Source: Escherichia phage vB_EcoS_fTaEco01. From it: 41,273 nt of DNA. The stretch lies in sequence record MT711527.1. One strand, 5' to 3'. This document shows, one piece after another, positions 1-9,029 of the stretch. The notes beneath the pieces are model-generated. The model was not told where the DNA came from and did not search any database. It was given only the letters and a program-made list of their open reading frames with translations. Position numbers and translations under genes: made by a program. Position 1 is the stretch's first letter; each line of letters opens with the position of its first letter.

Positions 1-1251
1 ATGAGTATTCAGCTATCCGCACCGCAGGCACTGTTCCTGAATTGCGGTAACAAATACAAAGCCTATGTCGGCGGCTTCGGCAGCGGAAAGACATTTGTTG
101 GCTGCCTTGACCTGCTTACGTTTATGCTCAAGCATCCAGGTACGCGCCTGGGTTACTTCGGCCCGACATACCCGGCTATCCGTGACATCTTCTACCCAAC
201 ATTTGAGGAAGCCGCTAACCTGCTCGGCCTCGATGTGCTGGTTAAATCTGGCGACAAAGAAGTCGTGGTTACTCGCGGTAAGACGGTGCTCGGTACAGTT
301 ATCTGCCGTTCTATGGATAACCCAGGCTCGATAGTCGGCTTCAAAATCGCTGCTGCGGTCGTGGATGAGCTTGATGTATTGAGCCGTGAGAAAGCTGAGC
401 TGGCGTGGAACAAAATAGTCGCCCGTATGCGTCTGGTTATCCCCGGCGTAACTAACCACATCTCTGTCACCACGACACCGGAAGGGTTCAAGTTCGTCTA
501 CGCCAAGTTCAAAGAGAACCCGACGCCGAGTTACTCGATGGTGCAGGCTTCTACACACGAGAACGCGCGATTCCTGCCGCCTGACTACATTAGCTCACTG
601 ACCGAGACTTACCCCGCGCAACTGATTAACGCGTACCTGAACGGTGAGTTCGTTAACCTGACATCCGGCAGCGTGTATTATGCGTATGACCGTCGCAAGC
701 ACCGCAGCAAAGAGACAATTCAACCGGGCGATACACTGTACATCGGGCAGGACTTCAACGTTACGAAGAACGCCAGCGCCGTGTATGTGCAACGTAAAGA
801 CGGCTGGCACGCGGTGGCAGAACTGAAAGGTCTGTTTGATACGCCGGACACCGTGCGTGTAATTACTGAGAAGTGGAAGTCGCAGGGCCACCGCATAGTC
901 GTTTACCCGGACGCCAGCGGCAAGAACCGCAAGACCAACTCGGCGTCAATCTCAGATATTGCGTTACTCCAGCAGGCCGGTTTCGATGTTCGCGCTAAAT
1001 CCGCCAACCCTCCGGTTAAAGACCGTGTTTTAGCCGTGAATACCGCACTGGAAAAAGGTAAGCTGTGGGTTAATGACCACTTATGCCCCGAGATAGCGAA
1101 GACGCTGGAGCAGCAGGCATACGATGATAACGGAGAGCCAGCTAAAGACGGCATCATTGACCATATGGCGGATGCTCTCGGCTATCCTGTAGTTTACGAG
1201 ATGCCGGTGGTTAAACCAGTAATCAACATCCCGGTGACTTTCGCACTTTAA
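1..1251 (+). CDS. terminase large subunit (ORF begins at window edge; N-terminus may be truncated)
   Basis: 416-aa ORF with Walker A P-loop GGFGSGKT at residues 24-31; first gene of a co-oriented packaging/head string. Confidence 0.75.
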   Translation: MSIQLSAPQALFLNCGNKYKAYVGGFGSGKTFVGCLDLLTFMLKHPGTRLGYFGPTYPAIRDIFYPTFEEAANLLGLDVLVKSGDKEVVVTRGKTVLGTVICRSMDNPGSIVGFKIAAAVVDELDVLSREKAELAWNKIVARMRLVIPGVTNHISVTTTPEGFKFVYAKFKENPTPSYSMVQASTHENARFLPPDYISSLTETYPAQLINAYLNGEFVNLTSGSVYYAYDRRKHRSKETIQPGDTLYIGQDFNVTKNASAVYVQRKDGWHAVAELKGLFDTPDTVRVITEKWKSQGHRIVVYPDASGKNRKTNSASISDIALLQQAGFDVRAKSANPPVKDRVLAVNTALEKGKLWVNDHLCPEIAKTLEQQAYDDNGEPAKDGIIDHMADALGYPVVYEMPVVKPVINIPVTFAL

Positions 1252-1262
1252 GAGGACAACAA

Positions 1263-2756
1263 ATGGTTTCCGCAAACATTAACGCAGGGCAAGGGCAGAA
1301 TGTTAAAACCCGCCACCGCCAGTACGAAGAGTATTTCCCTAAGTGGCAGAAGGTGCGACATGCGCTTTCTGGCGACCTGACATCGTATCTACGTGACGTC
1401 AGTAAGAACGAGCCGGACCCGGTTTACGGTCGCCAGCGTCAGGCTGAATACGAAGCGGGGGCAATTTGCTACAACTTCACCAAGCGAACGCTTTCAGGCA
1501 TGGTCGGCAGCGTAATGCGCAAAGACCCCGAGATGATTATTCCGTCTCAGATGGAATACCTGACCACTAACTGTGACGGGTCGGGCGTTGGCCTGTGGCA
1601 GCACGCACAGGATACTCTGTATGAGATTGATGCTGTTGGTCGCGGTGGCTTGCTGGTTGACGCCCCCGCGGTAGAAGTAGCTACCATGGCAGAGCAAAAC
1701 GAGGGTTTACTAAATCCAACAATCGCTTTCTACACCGCAGAGAATATCATCAACTGGCGTCTCCAGCGCGTCGGGTCTGTTAATCGTGTGGTTATGGTTG
1801 TATTGCGTGAGGAATACGAGTACACCGATGGCGCGGATGAGTTCAGCCCCAACTACGGCGAGCAATACCGCGTCCTTGATATTTTCGAAGGCCAGTATCG
1901 CCAGCGTCTGTACCGCTTTAACCAGAAAGGTGCACTGATGGAAGGTGGCTATATCGAAATATTCCCGAAACTCGGTAATATTCCGGTCGGGGTGATTCCG
2001 TTCACATTCATTGGTGCAGGGAATAACGACTCAACCCCTGACGATGCACCTTTGCTGCCGTTGGCTGAACTTAATATCGGGCACTTCCGCAACAGCGCGG
2101 ACAATGAGGAGTCCAGCTTCGTCGTAGGCCAGCCTACTCTGTTCATCGCCCCCGGTGAGAACATGAGCATGGGACAATGGAAAGAAGCCAACCCTCACGG
2201 AGTGCGTATGGGGTCACGTTCTGGCCATAACATCGGTTACGGCGGCAATGCGTTTCTGGTCCAGGCCAGTGAGAACAACCTAGCCAAGCAGAACATGTTG
2301 GATAAAGAGAACCAGGCAATCCAGATTGGTGCACAGCTTATTACCCCGACGCAGCAAATCACCGCGGAATCGGCACGCCTGCAACGCGGCGCTGATACGT
2401 CCGTTATGGCAACAATCGCACGTAACGTAAGCATGGCGTATACCGATGCGTTGCGCTGGGTCGCGGGTATGCTTGGGATTAGCGACAGCACTGAAATTGA
2501 GTTCAAACTGAACATGGAGTTCTTCCTGCAACCAATGACCGCTCAGGACCGCGCGCAGTGGATGGCGGATATTAACGCGGGCCTGTTACCGGCTACCGCT
2601 TACTATGCTGCGTTGCGTAAGGCGGGGGTAACTGACTGGACAGACGAGGACATTCAGAACGCTATCGAGGATGCGCCTCTGCCATTAGGTGCTGTTGCTC
2701 AGGTGGCTGGGGAGATTCCGCAGTCGGCGCAGCAAAAAGACCCCACCCAGCAGTAA
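1263..2756 (+). CDS. portal protein (positional call)
   Basis: 497-aa ORF directly downstream of terminase with RBS AAGAGG; size and position typical of portal; no diagnostic motif recognised. Confidence 0.6.
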   Translation: MVSANINAGQGQNVKTRHRQYEEYFPKWQKVRHALSGDLTSYLRDVSKNEPDPVYGRQRQAEYEAGAICYNFTKRTLSGMVGSVMRKDPEMIIPSQMEYLTTNCDGSGVGLWQHAQDTLYEIDAVGRGGLLVDAPAVEVATMAEQNEGLLNPTIAFYTAENIINWRLQRVGSVNRVVMVVLREEYEYTDGADEFSPNYGEQYRVLDIFEGQYRQRLYRFNQKGALMEGGYIEIFPKLGNIPVGVIPFTFIGAGNNDSTPDDAPLLPLAELNIGHFRNSADNEESSFVVGQPTLFIAPGENMSMGQWKEANPHGVRMGSRSGHNIGYGGNAFLVQASENNLAKQNMLDKENQAIQIGAQLITPTQQITAESARLQRGADTSVMATIARNVSMAYTDALRWVAGMLGISDSTEIEFKLNMEFFLQPMTAQDRAQWMADINAGLLPATAYYAALRKAGVTDWTDEDIQNAIEDAPLPLGAVAQVAGEIPQSAQQKDPTQQ

Positions 2757-2766
2757 GTTCACATAT

Positions 2767-2787
2767 AGCCCCGAAAGGGGCTTTCTT
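2767..2787 (+). terminator. rho-independent terminator-like hairpin
   Basis: AGCCCC-GAAA-GGGGCT stem-loop followed by TTCTT, immediately after portal stop. Confidence 0.5.
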
Positions 2788-2825
2788 ATAGTATGCTATT
2801 AACTTTAGCGCCACAGGGTTTATCT

Positions 2826-3869
2826 ATGAGCTTACTTACATCACTAATCAGCCACCAGATATGGCTGCAACGCACCGCATCCGGTGAGGTGAAAGACCTC
2901 GCGCCGTTCATTAAGGAGATGCGGGACGAAATCAAACGGCAGGTGCTGCTATTCGGCGACGACGGTCGCAGCACTGCGCGACTGAATAAACTGTTACGTG
3001 ACCTTGAAGAAGCACTGACAGGACTTACTGGTGACTGGCAAACAAAGCTGGCAGAAGACCTCAAGGAACTGGCGGTGTATGAAGCTGAGTGGAACGTAAA
3101 GACCCTGTCCGCCAACGTAGATGCGGAATTTGTTACGCCCACCGCCGAACAGGTGTGGGCCGCTGCTGAGTTTCAGCCATTATCATTGAGTGGCAAGCCA
3201 GTTGATTTCACTAAACTGATGTCAGGTTGGGGTGAAACGGAAGTAGCACGTCTTGTAACCGGCGTTAAGATGGGCTTTGTACAAGGTCAAACAACACGGC
3301 AGATTGTTAAGAATGTAGTAGGCGCCGGTGGGCTGGCTGACATCTCTGAGCGTAACGCCGCTACCGTCATCCGCACCGCGCTGTCTCACGTGTCCAACGA
3401 AGCCCGTAACGAGACGTACCGCCAGAACGACGACATCATCGAGAAGTACGAGTGGGTGTCAACGCTTGACAGCCGCACCAGTACGATTTGCAGGGTCAGA
3501 GACGGGATGACGTGGGAAATTGGTAAGGGGCCGACGCCCCCTGCCCATCCGAACTGCCGGTCGTGCACGGCTCCGGTAATCAGTTCCGAGTTCGACTTCC
3601 TCGATAAAGGCGCAAAACGCGCGGCTAAAGGCGCGGAAGGTGGCACTCAGGTAAGCGTAGACACCACTTACTACGAGTTCCTTAAACAACAACCGGCGTG
3701 GTTTCAGGACCAGGCGCTCGGCCCGGTGCGAGGTAAGATTTTCCGTAACAGCGGTATATCGCCGGAAGAGTTTCGCGTAATATCTGTAGATGGTTTCGGG
3801 AATCCGCTCACGCTTAAGCAGATGGCGGAACTCGATAAACGTGTTGCTGATTATCTGAAAGGGGAATAA
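2826..3869 (+). CDS. head morphogenesis protein (Mu F / SPP1 gp7-like minor head protein)
   Basis: Position after portal; C-terminal region with ICRVRDGMTWEIGKG...HPNCRSC resembles the conserved Cys-containing motif of this family (from memory); ATG 2826 preferred over 2793 because 2793 abuts the upstream terminator. Confidence 0.65.
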   Translation: MSLLTSLISHQIWLQRTASGEVKDLAPFIKEMRDEIKRQVLLFGDDGRSTARLNKLLRDLEEALTGLTGDWQTKLAEDLKELAVYEAEWNVKTLSANVDAEFVTPTAEQVWAAAEFQPLSLSGKPVDFTKLMSGWGETEVARLVTGVKMGFVQGQTTRQIVKNVVGAGGLADISERNAATVIRTALSHVSNEARNETYRQNDDIIEKYEWVSTLDSRTSTICRVRDGMTWEIGKGPTPPAHPNCRSCTAPVISSEFDFLDKGAKRAAKGAEGGTQVSVDTTYYEFLKQQPAWFQDQALGPVRGKIFRNSGISPEEFRVISVDGFGNPLTLKQMAELDKRVADYLKGE

Positions 3870-4330
3870 TGATGGGCTTTTTCAAAGTAACTGACGTACC
3901 GTCTCGTCGCGTAGTCCAGTACGCCCGCGTGTCTGGCTCTGGCGAGAACGTGGTGTTTATTGAAGACGAAAGTGTACTCGGAACACCAGTGGACGATATG
4001 CCGTTTGCGGACAAGACCGGTATTGCGCTGCCAGCGGCAGGTATGCTTTATGAGATTCAGTACCTGGCGGATGCTGGTGATGTGTATTTCTCCGTACAAC
4101 CGCAGGACGCTGAACTGGCAGACGGCAGCGCAAATATCGCTGTCGAAGTTAAGGCGGGCAAAGCACCATATGCGCTGACCTGGTACAAAGACGGGAAGGA
4201 AGTGGTAAACGCCCCGGAAGAGGCTCTGTCTCTGACGGTTAACGCAGTTGGTGAATACTTCGTTAAAGTCACTGATGCAGACGGTATAGAGGCCGTAAGT
4301 AAAGCAGCGAAGGTTACTAAGCCAGAATAA
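3869..4330 (+). CDS. hypothetical protein (possible Ig-like head/decoration protein)
   Basis: 153-aa ORF overlapping upstream stop (TAATG); followed by a strong terminator. Confidence 0.45.
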   Translation: MMGFFKVTDVPSRRVVQYARVSGSGENVVFIEDESVLGTPVDDMPFADKTGIALPAAGMLYEIQYLADAGDVYFSVQPQDAELADGSANIAVEVKAGKAPYALTWYKDGKEVVNAPEEALSLTVNAVGEYFVKVTDADGIEAVSKAAKVTKPE

Positions 4331-4335
4331 ACTGA

Positions 4336-4355
4336 AGCCCCGAAAGGGGCTTTTT
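4336..4355 (+). terminator. rho-independent terminator
   Basis: AGCCCC-GAAA-GGGGCT hairpin followed by TTTTT. Confidence 0.65.
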
Positions 4356-4419
4356 AGTGCCTGTGATTATTCCAGTTATTCCACTCAATTGTAAATGTTG
4401 GAATAAACTATTCGAATAG

Positions 4420-4448
4420 TTGACTTTTCACCAAAAATGTGCTAAGCT
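4420..4448 (+). promoter_or_regulatory. sigma70-like promoter (TTGACT-17 nt-TAAGCT)
   Basis: Hexamers at 4420-4425 and 4443-4448 with 17-nt spacer; the ACTATTCGAATAGT palindrome abuts the -35; near-identical architecture at 34591-34619. Confidence 0.5.
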
Positions 4449-4454
4449 CCACCT

Positions 4455-4650
4455 GAGCTTGTGAAGTATGAACAAGCGACCGCGGCGCGGCAGGTAACGG
4501 AGCCGGACGTTAAGTCCGAGTGTAGTTGCGCTGACGCGTTCGGAAGGGCCATACTCTATTGCTTGTGTAAAAAGTAACTGGTTTACTGAGATTACGCCGT
4601 TTCTATGTTTAAATGATAAGGACTAGCGCCCCGCTTTAAGGCGGGGCTTT
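4455..4650 (+). ncRNA. candidate structured leader / small RNA (copy A of a duplicated element)
   Basis: Region between promoter and hairpin terminator (stem 4628-4634/4641-4647 then TTT); contains the 38-nt core CCTGAGCTTGTGAAGTATGAACAAGCGACCGCGGCGCG (4452-4489) identical to 34623-34660; no conserved ORF. Confidence 0.3.
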
Positions 4651-4671
4651 ACTTATCGAGAAAGGGGAAAC

Positions 4672-5058
4672 ATGAATCTTAAAGCAACTGTCGTAGCGGG
4701 AGCATGTTTCATCATCCTGGCTTACGCACACGGCATCTACCAGTATCGCAGCGGCTGGAACGGAGGCCGGGCGAATCTCGTTTCGCAGCAACAGCAGAAA
4801 GCACAGGCTGAGTTAGCTAAGAAAACACAACGGCAGCAGCAGGATGAATCGAAGGCCGCCGCCGCTGATAACGAAGGCAAGACGAAATCAGAGGTAATCA
4901 CCCGTGAAGTCGTTAAGTACATTAAAACGCCTGGCCGCAGCGTGTGCACTTTTGACCCTGAGCGCGTGCAGCTCAAGTCCCGCGCCGTCGCAAACGCCAA
5001 TTCCATCCCCGGATACGACGATGATGCAGCCGCCGTGCAAACTGGCACTGCCAAGTAA
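4672..5058 (+). CDS. i-spanin (Rz-like)
   Basis: 128 aa; N-terminal hydrophobic segment, Q/A/K-rich coiled-coil-like middle; contains an overlapping out-of-frame lipoprotein ORF (Rz/Rz1 architecture). Confidence 0.55.
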   Translation: MNLKATVVAGACFIILAYAHGIYQYRSGWNGGRANLVSQQQQKAQAELAKKTQRQQQDESKAAAADNEGKTKSEVITREVVKYIKTPGRSVCTFDPERVQLKSRAVANANSIPGYDDDAAAVQTGTAK

Positions 5059-5167
5059 CGACGCGGACGAGGATTTAGCTATTGACGTCCAGAACGCAGA
5101 ATGTGTACGGCAACTGAGACTTAAAGTGTTCATGTTGCAGGATTACGTGAGGAATATTCTGGAATAG
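4904..5167 (+). CDS. o-spanin (Rz1-like outer-membrane lipoprotein), overlapped with i-spanin gene
   Basis: GTG start with GAGGT RBS; signal peptide ending in lipobox LSAC; short proline-rich mature region; starts inside 4672-5058 in another frame and extends past it. Confidence 0.55.
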   Translation: MKSLSTLKRLAAACALLTLSACSSSPAPSQTPIPSPDTTMMQPPCKLALPSNDADEDLAIDVQNAECVRQLRLKVFMLQDYVRNILE

Positions 5168-5246
5168 TTGCCTTGTATGTTGGAATAATTTATTCTTGAC
5201 ATGTAAATCCGGGTGGCCCGGATTCCAACGTCCAGGGGACATACTG

Positions 5247-5873
5247 ATGAGCGAAGAAGTGAAAGACGAAACTATCGAACAACAAGAGACTAAGACCACG
5301 TTTACCAAAGAAGAAGTTGACGCGCTGGTATCCGGTCTTAAAGCTAACAACGAGAAACTCTTGTCTGAAAAGAAAGCTGCCGCCGCTGCCGCGAAAGAAG
5401 CCGCAGATGCGAAGCTGAAAGCCGAACAGGAACGCGCAAAACAGAACGGCGAACTTGAGGCATTCGAGAAAACGTTGCGCAGTCAGTATGAGCCAGTACT
5501 CGCCGAGAAAGACGGTAAGATTAGCAAAATGGCTGAGCGTATCCTCGGCGCAGAACGTAAATCAGTTATCAGCCAGTTGTCTGGCATGTTGATTGATGAG
5601 AGCGCAGCGGATATTATCGCTATGATGGTCAAGACCGAATTTGACGGCGATGACGTTGTGACCAAGTTCACAGGTGCGGACGGTAATGTCATCACCACCG
5701 ACGCAGAGCAATTTAAAAAGTATCTGCGTGAGCACAAAGCATTCTCACATCTGATTAAAGCAGATGCAGCAACCGGCGGCGGGGCTTCCGGTAACAAAAA
5801 TTCTACTGGCGGGGCCGGTGGTACGGACGTAATTCAACAAAAACTTAACGCCAAATACGGCAAACGAGGATAA
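5247..5873 (+). CDS. scaffolding protein (positional/compositional call)
   Basis: Acidic, alanine/lysine-rich coiled-coil-like protein immediately upstream of major capsid gene; ATG 5247 preferred over the TTG at 5196 in the ORF track. Confidence 0.5.
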   Translation: MSEEVKDETIEQQETKTTFTKEEVDALVSGLKANNEKLLSEKKAAAAAAKEAADAKLKAEQERAKQNGELEAFEKTLRSQYEPVLAEKDGKISKMAERILGAERKSVISQLSGMLIDESAADIIAMMVKTEFDGDDVVTKFTGADGNVITTDAEQFKKYLREHKAFSHLIKADAATGGGASGNKNSTGGAGGTDVIQQKLNAKYGKRG

Positions 5874-5879
5874 GAGATT

Positions 5880-6848
5880 ATGGCTCTGTCAGATATGAAG
5901 GTTTATAACGACGATATCGTCGGTACCACTATCGAACTGCTTGGTCAGAAAACTGACCAGTTTAACGCGGCCTCCGGTGGTGCAATTGTACTGTCTACTG
6001 CCTCATGGCGCGGTGATTTCTCCCGTGAGTCTTTCTTTAACCAGATTGCCTCCGCTAAACGCCGCGTTGACCGTTACGCCGCTATCGCGTCTCAGGCAGC
6101 TACCGCGCTGACTCAGGGCGAGCATGTAGGCGTTAAAGTCGCTGGCGGCTTCGGACCGGTACTGTTCGAGCCTGCGCAAATGACCTGGCTGAACGAAGAC
6201 CCGGCAAGCGCGATTCGTGCTATTTCCGAAGGCTTCTCTGACGCACTGTTAGCGGACCAGCTCAACACCGCTGTTGGTGCCGCCGTTGCCGCGGTATCAG
6301 GTCAGACTGCACTGGTTAACGATGTATCCGCGACCGCTGGCTTGTCCCTGAACGTGCTGAACAACAGCCACGCTAAATTCGGCGACCAGTCTCAGCTGCT
6401 GATTACCGACATCATGACCGGTGCTGCTTACCACACGCTGGTAGATAAAGCGCTGACTAACGCAAACCAGCTGTTCGTTGCTGGTAACGTTATGGTTGTC
6501 GATGTTCTCGGCAAGCGTTACGTAATCTCTGACATTCCTGCGCTGTACGAGGCCGGCACTCCGAACAAGACTAAGGTCCTGTCCGTAGTTGCAAACGGCA
6601 TCATCGTTGATAATGCTTCTGACATTATCAGCAACATTGATACCAGCAACGGTAACACCCGCATCCAGACCACCTGGCAGGCAGATTACAGCTTCGGCCT
6701 GAAACTGAAAGGCTATAGCTGGGATGTCGCCAACGGCGGTAAATCTCCGCTGGACGCAGAACTGTTCACCGCGACTAACTGGGACAAAGCTGTTGCCGAG
6801 AACAAGCACACCCTCGGTACTCTGGCAATCGCCGACGCAGACCTGTAA
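5880..6848 (+). CDS. major capsid protein
   Basis: 322-aa ORF following scaffold-like gene and followed by a strong terminator. Confidence 0.65.
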   Translation: MALSDMKVYNDDIVGTTIELLGQKTDQFNAASGGAIVLSTASWRGDFSRESFFNQIASAKRRVDRYAAIASQAATALTQGEHVGVKVAGGFGPVLFEPAQMTWLNEDPASAIRAISEGFSDALLADQLNTAVGAAVAAVSGQTALVNDVSATAGLSLNVLNNSHAKFGDQSQLLITDIMTGAAYHTLVDKALTNANQLFVAGNVMVVDVLGKRYVISDIPALYEAGTPNKTKVLSVVANGIIVDNASDIISNIDTSNGNTRIQTTWQADYSFGLKLKGYSWDVANGGKSPLDAELFTATNWDKAVAENKHTLGTLAIADADL

Positions 6849-6867
6849 CACGGTTAGTAGTAAAAAC

Positions 6868-6889
6868 AAAGGGGCTTCGGCCCCTTTTT
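6868..6889 (+). terminator. rho-independent terminator
   Basis: AAAGGGGC-TTCG-GCCCCTTTTT immediately after capsid gene stop. Confidence 0.65.
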
Positions 6890-6905
6890 ACTAGGAGAAA
6901 TTAAA

Positions 6906-7073
6906 GTGGAAATTAAATACGTACCAATGCCAATTACCATCGAGCAGAAGCGCGAGTATAACCGTCAGGGGTTCCGTGTGGTAGATGCTCGTTTCGCACC
7001 AGAAGGCACCGTGGTAGAATCGGCTAAAGAAGAGACACCACGCCGCCAGCGCCGGGCGAAATCAGAGGAATAA
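6906..7073 (+). CDS. hypothetical small protein (55 aa, GTG start)
   Basis: AGGAG RBS 8 nt upstream of GTG; fills the gap between terminator and next gene; not in the >=60-aa ORF track. Confidence 0.3.
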   Translation: MEIKYVPMPITIEQKREYNRQGFRVVDARFAPEGTVVESAKEETPRRQRRAKSEE

Positions 7074-7076
7074 TTT

Positions 7077-7589
7077 ATGCCGCTAATCGTGGAAGATGGG
7101 TCGATAGTACCTGATGCCGACAGTTACGTTAGTCTGGCCGACGCCCGCGCGTTAGCGGCTAATTACGGTCTTGTGTTGCCGGCAGACGATACCGCCGCAG
7201 AGGTGGCCCTGCGCAACGGGGCTACTTATGTCGGGCTTGCAGAACCTCAGATGTGCGGGCGTCGCGTATCCGCTGAACAGTCTCTGGCGTACCCACGTAC
7301 AGGAACAACACTAAACGGCTTCACCGTAGCGGATAATGTTATCCCGTCGCAGTTAATCCGGGCACAAGTAATCGCTGCGATTACGTATGGTGCGGGTACT
7401 GATGTTCGGGCTAACTCAGATGGGCGTTCCGTGCAGACTGAGCGTGTTGAGGGTGCGGTAACAGTGACATACTTCAACAACGGCAACAGTGGCGCCACAA
7501 CCGCTATTACCGCTGCGGACGACGCATTACGCCCGTTACTGTGTGGTGGTCTTAACAATGGCTTCTCGTTTAATGTGTACCGGGGTTAA
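7077..7589 (+). CDS. head-tail connector / head completion protein (positional)
   Basis: 170-aa ORF between capsid and tail genes. Confidence 0.4.
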   Translation: MPLIVEDGSIVPDADSYVSLADARALAANYGLVLPADDTAAEVALRNGATYVGLAEPQMCGRRVSAEQSLAYPRTGTTLNGFTVADNVIPSQLIRAQVIAAITYGAGTDVRANSDGRSVQTERVEGAVTVTYFNNGNSGATTAITAADDALRPLLCGGLNNGFSFNVYRG

Positions 7590-7591
7590 AA

Positions 7592-7768
7592 ATGGCGAAG
7601 ACTAAATCTGAGATATTTACCCTTATAGGGCAGGAGTTACCCGACAACACGACGGGGCTTATCACTCCGGCCAAGCCGCGCGGCGTATATCCGCAAGTTG
7701 CTACCGTAACCGCATGGGGTACAGCACCATCCGCATTACTGGTTATTTCGAGACTGGAGGCCGCCTGA
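7592..7768 (+). CDS. hypothetical small protein (58 aa)
   Basis: ATG 2 nt after upstream stop; co-oriented with module; competes with an antisense ORF 7570-7851 that I consider spurious. Confidence 0.3.
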   Translation: MAKTKSEIFTLIGQELPDNTTGLITPAKPRGVYPQVATVTAWGTAPSALLVISRLEAA

Positions 7769-7862
7769 TGAATAAGTTCACATGTGGTGTAGTTTTTGGT
7801 TTTCTTACCGCGGTAGTCTTGCACAGTTACGGTGTTCTTTTGACGCTGCAAGAGGTGCTAAA

Positions 7863-8222
7863 ATGAGCACCGCTTTCAGTAAACGTATGCAAGGCGTGGG
7901 TACGCACCTGCTAACCAAATTCGGTAGCACGGTATCTCTGATTCGCGCTGGTTCAAAAGTATGGGATGAAGTTCTCGGTGAGTACGTCTGGTCTGCGGAT
8001 GAAGTGTTGCCGTTGAAGGCCGTTCCGGTTCCGGTAAACGCGGGACTGGTAAACGGTACGACGATTCAGGCTGGCGACATGATTGTTAAAGCCGATTACA
8101 GCGTCGTTCCGAAGATGGAAGACAAGGTGCAATTCGGCGGCGAGCAATGGTCCATCGTAGCTATTGAGAAGAAGATGGTTAACGATGACGTCGTGGCGTA
8201 CTTTATTCAGGTGAGAAAATGA
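7863..8222 (+). CDS. head-tail joining protein (positional)
   Basis: ATG 7863 with AAGAGGTG RBS preferred over upstream start of ORF-track 7782. Confidence 0.45.
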   Translation: MSTAFSKRMQGVGTHLLTKFGSTVSLIRAGSKVWDEVLGEYVWSADEVLPLKAVPVPVNAGLVNGTTIQAGDMIVKADYSVVPKMEDKVQFGGEQWSIVAIEKKMVNDDVVAYFIQVRK

Positions 8223-8614
8223 GTTTCGCGCTCGATGTCTCTAAGTTCGTGGAAAAGGCGAAGAAGAACCCTGAGAAGGTGATGCGTCAGGTGTCTATCA
8301 AGCTGTTTTCCGCTATTATAAAGGCGAGTCCGGTAGACACGGGCCGCTTTCGTATGAACTGGATGGCATCTGGCGGTACTCCTGCTTCCGGGATTACGGA
8401 CGCTAAGGATAAATCAGGAAACACAGCAACCGGAAACGCTACGAGTTTCGTGCTGAAAGCCGCTGACTGGCATGAGTTCACGCTGACAAATAATCTGCCG
8501 TATGCGCAACGGCTGGAGTATGGTTGGTCGCAACAGGCGCCAGCCGGGGTTGTCAGGACTAATGTGTCTCGCTTCCAGCAACTCATTAACGAAGAAGCCA
8601 ACAAGGTGAAATGA
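8219..8614 (+). CDS. tail component, HK97 gp10-like
   Basis: 131 aa with DTGRFRMNW motif resembling the DTGxLRxS signature of the HK97 gp10 family (from memory); ATGA overlap with neighbours. Confidence 0.5.
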   Translation: MSFALDVSKFVEKAKKNPEKVMRQVSIKLFSAIIKASPVDTGRFRMNWMASGGTPASGITDAKDKSGNTATGNATSFVLKAADWHEFTLTNNLPYAQRLEYGWSQQAPAGVVRTNVSRFQQLINEEANKVK

Positions 8615-9027
8615 TGGGCTACTTTGAGGACTTAACAAAAGCGTTCGATGTTCCGCTGGTAGCCTTCGGAACCGCCAACGGCATCAAGGTCGCGCTTGAA
8701 AACATCGACGCGCCGACGTCAACCGATACGCCATATCTGGCAAGTTACATGTTACTGGCGGATACCGAGCAAGCAGATTTGTTCTTCACGGAACAACGCG
8801 CGGGTGTTTATCAGGTCGACATTAACTACGCATCGGTGAAAGGTAGCGCGCCAATCAATAAAATGGCAGACTTACTTAACACGGCATTCAAAGCAGGTAA
8901 GTCATTTTCTCGTAACGACATCTGCGCCGAGGTTCAATCGGTTAGCCTGGGGCCGCTGATTGTAGAAAACGGAAGGGCCAAACGACCATTGTCAATTAAC
9001 TTTATTGCATTCACCAAGAGGCTGTGA
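8611..9027 (+). CDS. tail completion/terminator-like protein (positional)
   Basis: 138-aa ORF translationally coupled between gp10-like gene and major tail gene. Confidence 0.4.
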   Translation: MMGYFEDLTKAFDVPLVAFGTANGIKVALENIDAPTSTDTPYLASYMLLADTEQADLFFTEQRAGVYQVDINYASVKGSAPINKMADLLNTAFKAGKSFSRNDICAEVQSVSLGPLIVENGRAKRPLSINFIAFTKRL

Positions 9028-9029
9028 AT

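Noticed and set aside
4469-4498. Short peptide ORFs inside the duplicated leader core (9 codons at copy A, 32 codons at copy B)
   Set aside because: A 2-nt indel between the copies changes the frame, so the identical nucleotide core would encode different peptides; conservation is at RNA or DNA level.
5196-5246. Upstream extensions from the ORF track that use TTG or GTG starts (for example 5196, 7782, 13547, 25644, 34555, 40097)
   Set aside because: In each case a downstream in-frame ATG has a properly spaced Shine-Dalgarno and often overlaps the preceding stop; the extensions run through promoters or terminators. TTG or GTG was kept only where no ATG alternative exists (holin 37834, o-spanin 4904, 6906, possibly 17200 and 38385).
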